From Thermoplasmatales archaeon (GTDB taxonomy: Archaea; Thermoplasmatota; E2; DHVEG-1), in NCBI GenBank assembly GCA_020341795.1, contig CP070836.1, forward strand, positions 1,535,613 to 1,599,612: a stretch of DNA of 64,000 bases, read 5' to 3'. Below are positions 61,597 to 64,000 of this stretch, one piece after another (the stretch's first letter is position 1; the number at the start of each line of letters is the position of its first letter). The notes under the pieces are model-generated. The model saw only the letters and a list, made by a program, of their open reading frames with translations. It had not been told where the DNA came from and made no database searches. The position numbers were made by a program, and so were the translations under genes.

Positions 61597-61794
61597 ATGG
61601 TAAATAGGGAATCACTACCTCTCATAGTCGCACTTTTACTACCAATTATTTTAGTAGTAATAATATTATTATATTTTTTTGGTTATGATATTACCTTATT
61701 TTTAAGAGAAGTCAATATTATTTATTACATAATTATTTTTCCGATTGCTCTTGGTTTTACTGTTGCTATTATAAAATATATGAGACCTGATTAA
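61597..61794 (+). CDS. Small two-TM membrane protein
   Basis: Strong AGGAGG SD; two hydrophobic segments. Confidence 0.7.
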   Translation: MVNRESLPLIVALLLPIILVVIILLYFFGYDITLFLREVNIIYYIIIFPIALGFTVAIIKYMRPD

Positions 61795-61905
61795 TTAAAT
61801 GTTGTATATATAAAAATATATATCTGTTTATTAAAAAATATAATGATAATAACTGTACAACAACTATTATATACTTTTCAATATAAAATTTGATTCGTTG
61901 AAAAT

Positions 61906-62076
61906 ATGTTGGTCGTTGGATTATTATCAACTAAACAAGAAGTTGAAGAAATAAAATATATAATAAAGGTCTGTACGCTTGAAGACAGGATTCATTTTAT
62001 TGTTAGAATGCATAGGCTTAAGGAAATAATAAAAAAAGAAGACGAAAACCAAAAAAAGATAAAATTAAAAAAATAA
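61906..62076 (+). CDS. Possible 56-aa small protein
   Basis: MLVVGLLSTKQEVEEIKYIIKVCTLEDRIHFIVRMHRLKEIIKKEDENQKKIKLKK*; ends 3 nt before dtdA; no clear SD. Confidence 0.3.
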   Translation: MLVVGLLSTKQEVEEIKYIIKVCTLEDRIHFIVRMHRLKEIIKKEDENQKKIKLKK

Positions 62077-62079
62077 TCC

Positions 62080-62985
62080 GTGTTTCACTTATCAAAGGTG
62101 AAACAAATAACTGTATTAATCATTGCATCATCAGAAGATCCAGCAAGTATAAACATAAAAAATTCTCTTTTAGAACAAACATCATGGGATAAAACTAATA
62201 TTTTTTTAAAAAATGAAGTTTACCATCATAAAGAAATGAAAAACATTGTAATCTTAACAATTCCTGACAGTAAAATCACACATGAAAACATTGTTGCGGA
62301 AGTAAAGCAAAATTTAGGATTAGAAGCTAAACAAGCAATATTTATTTCTAGACATACAAGTAAAACAGGAGAGCCAACTTTAACAGTACACCCGCTTGGT
62401 AATTATGGATTAGCAGAATTCGGTGGAAAAAGCAATACTCTTTCATTTTCATCACCAAAAATCATGACGCAACTTCTTAGAATACTTAAAAAAAACGCCA
62501 AAGAGAAAAAACTATACCATAAAGTATGCTTTGAGGTAACACATCACGGACCATATATGACAATTCCAGCAGTATTTATTGAAGTCGGTAGTACAGAAGA
62601 AGAATGGAATAAAAAATTACCTGCAAAAATTGTAGCAAAAACAATACTTAATCTTTTACAAAACCATCATTATGAGGAAGATTTCGAAAAAGAAATGCCA
62701 GTCTTAGTTGGAGTTGGTGGGGGGCATTACGCACCAAGATTTACAGATGTAGCATTAGAAAAAAATATTGCATTTGGTCATATGATACCTTCATATCAGA
62801 TAAATGCAGGAAATGTAAACAGCAATATGATTAAGCAAGCACTTGATAGAACTCCAAATGTAGAAGGTGTATACATTCACAGAAAAGCATTAAAAAAATC
62901 ACAAGTAACAGAGTTCAGACAGTGGTTTGAAGAAAATGGAATACCAGTTTTATCAAGCAAAGAATTACCAAATCTAAGTTTTTAA
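62080..62985 (+). CDS. dtdA: D-aminoacyl-tRNA deacylase (archaeal DTD2)
   Basis: DPAS.NI, SRH.S, LTVH..GN, EVTHHGP, FIEVGS, GGGHYAP. Confidence 0.93.
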   Translation: MFHLSKVKQITVLIIASSEDPASINIKNSLLEQTSWDKTNIFLKNEVYHHKEMKNIVILTIPDSKITHENIVAEVKQNLGLEAKQAIFISRHTSKTGEPTLTVHPLGNYGLAEFGGKSNTLSFSSPKIMTQLLRILKKNAKEKKLYHKVCFEVTHHGPYMTIPAVFIEVGSTEEEWNKKLPAKIVAKTILNLLQNHHYEEDFEKEMPVLVGVGGGHYAPRFTDVALEKNIAFGHMIPSYQINAGNVNSNMIKQALDRTPNVEGVYIHRKALKKSQVTEFRQWFEENGIPVLSSKELPNLSF

Positions 62986-63903
62986 AATCTTTTTTGCAAC
63001 TAGATGTGCTTGTCTAAGGGGTTCAGGAATTTTATATTTAGAAAAGTGCTTAATAATTTTATAAGTGGATTCAAAAGATATTTTATGACCAGGTGATACA
63101 AAAACAGGTCTTTTAACACGATCAGATGAAAAAAAAGTAAAACCTTTCTTTTGCCCATCTATAAAAACATTATTGTTTTTTATATCACCATACAAAAGGT
63201 TTTTTGCAATGCCAATACTAGGCATATCAAGCTTAATACCAGCTTGAGAAGCAAGTCCTATCCCATAAGGATGAAGAATTCCATTTCCATCAAACATATA
63301 TACACTTGGTTGTGACTTTAAAATATTAACAAGCTCCTGAATAATTGGAAATTCCCTATAAAAAAGATAAGTTGATATATAAGGAAAGTTGGTTTCCCAG
63401 GAAATTGTTTTACGTTCAACAATTTCTTTTGTTTTATAATCCATTACAACACATGCACCTAATGCATGATCAAACTTGTTTTTTGTATAAGAAACATCAA
63501 TACCTGCTACTTTATCTAATTTTGTAAAACCATCCTTTAGCTTTATTTTTTTACTTAATTCAATTTGTTCTTTTCTAAGCTGTCTCAATGGATAATTTGT
63601 CTTAAATTTATTGTAAAAGACTGTATCAAAATTAAAAATTTTGCCATTATTTACATAAATGCCAGCTTCATATAATCTTCTTATTTTATCGTCTATACCT
63701 AGACCAAATCCACCAAGTCTTCCATCAGAATGAACAATCTTGTAACATGGCATTGTGTCTGCATTTGGATTCTGATTCATCATACGACCAACAGCTCGTG
63801 AAGCAATTTTATCTCCTAGAGCATTTGCTACAGCTCCATATGTAGATATCTTTCCTTCAGGAATTTGCTTTACCAGATCATAAGTATATTCAAAAAGGTT
63901 CAT
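62974..63903 (-). CDS. O6-alkylguanine alkyltransferase-endonuclease V fusion (AGT-EndoV)
   Basis: N-terminal IP.G..STYG, RAVG, PCYKIV; C-terminal AGIDVSY, YRE, DGNGILHP, GIAK, SPGH, PEPLR.AH. Confidence 0.88.
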   Translation of the reverse strand: MNLFEYTYDLVKQIPEGKISTYGAVANALGDKIASRAVGRMMNQNPNADTMPCYKIVHSDGRLGGFGLGIDDKIRRLYEAGIYVNNGKIFNFDTVFYNKFKTNYPLRQLRKEQIELSKKIKLKDGFTKLDKVAGIDVSYTKNKFDHALGACVVMDYKTKEIVERKTISWETNFPYISTYLFYREFPIIQELVNILKSQPSVYMFDGNGILHPYGIGLASQAGIKLDMPSIGIAKNLLYGDIKNNNVFIDGQKKGFTFFSSDRVKRPVFVSPGHKISFESTYKIIKHFSKYKIPEPLRQAHLVAKKILKT

Positions 63904-64000
63904 AATAAAATATATGAAATTCTATCTAAAAAGTTTTCTAGTAATATATTTTATTTATTTTAAAAACTAAGATTTATTTTAAAAATTCGATATGTTTAAA

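Noticed and set aside
368-63527. Dozens of 60-190 aa ORFs antisense to or nested in real genes (e.g. 54380-54943, 20499-21035, 6643-6993)
   Set aside because: Shadow frames of well-supported genes; no motifs or SD, composition typical of antisense translation
1-64000. Mobile elements, rRNA or tRNA genes
   Set aside because: No transposase/integrase motifs, terminal inverted repeats or extended GC-rich structural RNA segments seen

Overview
AT-rich archaeal chromosome segment. Archaeal markers include ABCE1, RPA with its partner protein, DtdA, alpha2-type GlyRS, Ogg, thiolase/DUF35 pairs and BRE/TATA promoters with GGAGGTGA Shine-Dalgarno (SD) sites. Gene content and PKD-tailed secreted proteins suggest an anaerobic sediment Thermoplasmatota (MBG-D/Izemarchaea-like); this assignment is an inference. 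Main blocks: (1) 0.2-11.5 kb, a benzoyl-CoA ring-opening (oah/had/dch-like) and beta-oxidation cluster; (2) 12.3-13 kb, a Cys-rich HTH regulator divergent from a probable structured sRNA with an anti-SD-like loop, with a related hairpin at 41.1 kb; (3) 15.1-29.7 kb, a ~14.6 kb PerR-headed oxidative/nitrosative stress and Fe-S/sulfur-relay gene run that includes an unannotated 9-Cys microprotein and two inserted secreted PKD proteins; (4) an acyl-CoA synthetase with two Cys-less thiolase-fold genes and two DUF35 genes; (5) two lysine-catabolic entry routes (Lat and split LKR/SDH); (6) an aRF1 paralog, a split membrane-anchored solo Cas4 and ABCE1; (7) histidine/folate genes (hutI, ftcD, fhs), RPA, dtdA and an AGT-EndoV fusion. 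I saw no tRNA, rRNA, CRISPR array or transposase. All calls come from reading motifs by eye; no searches were run.
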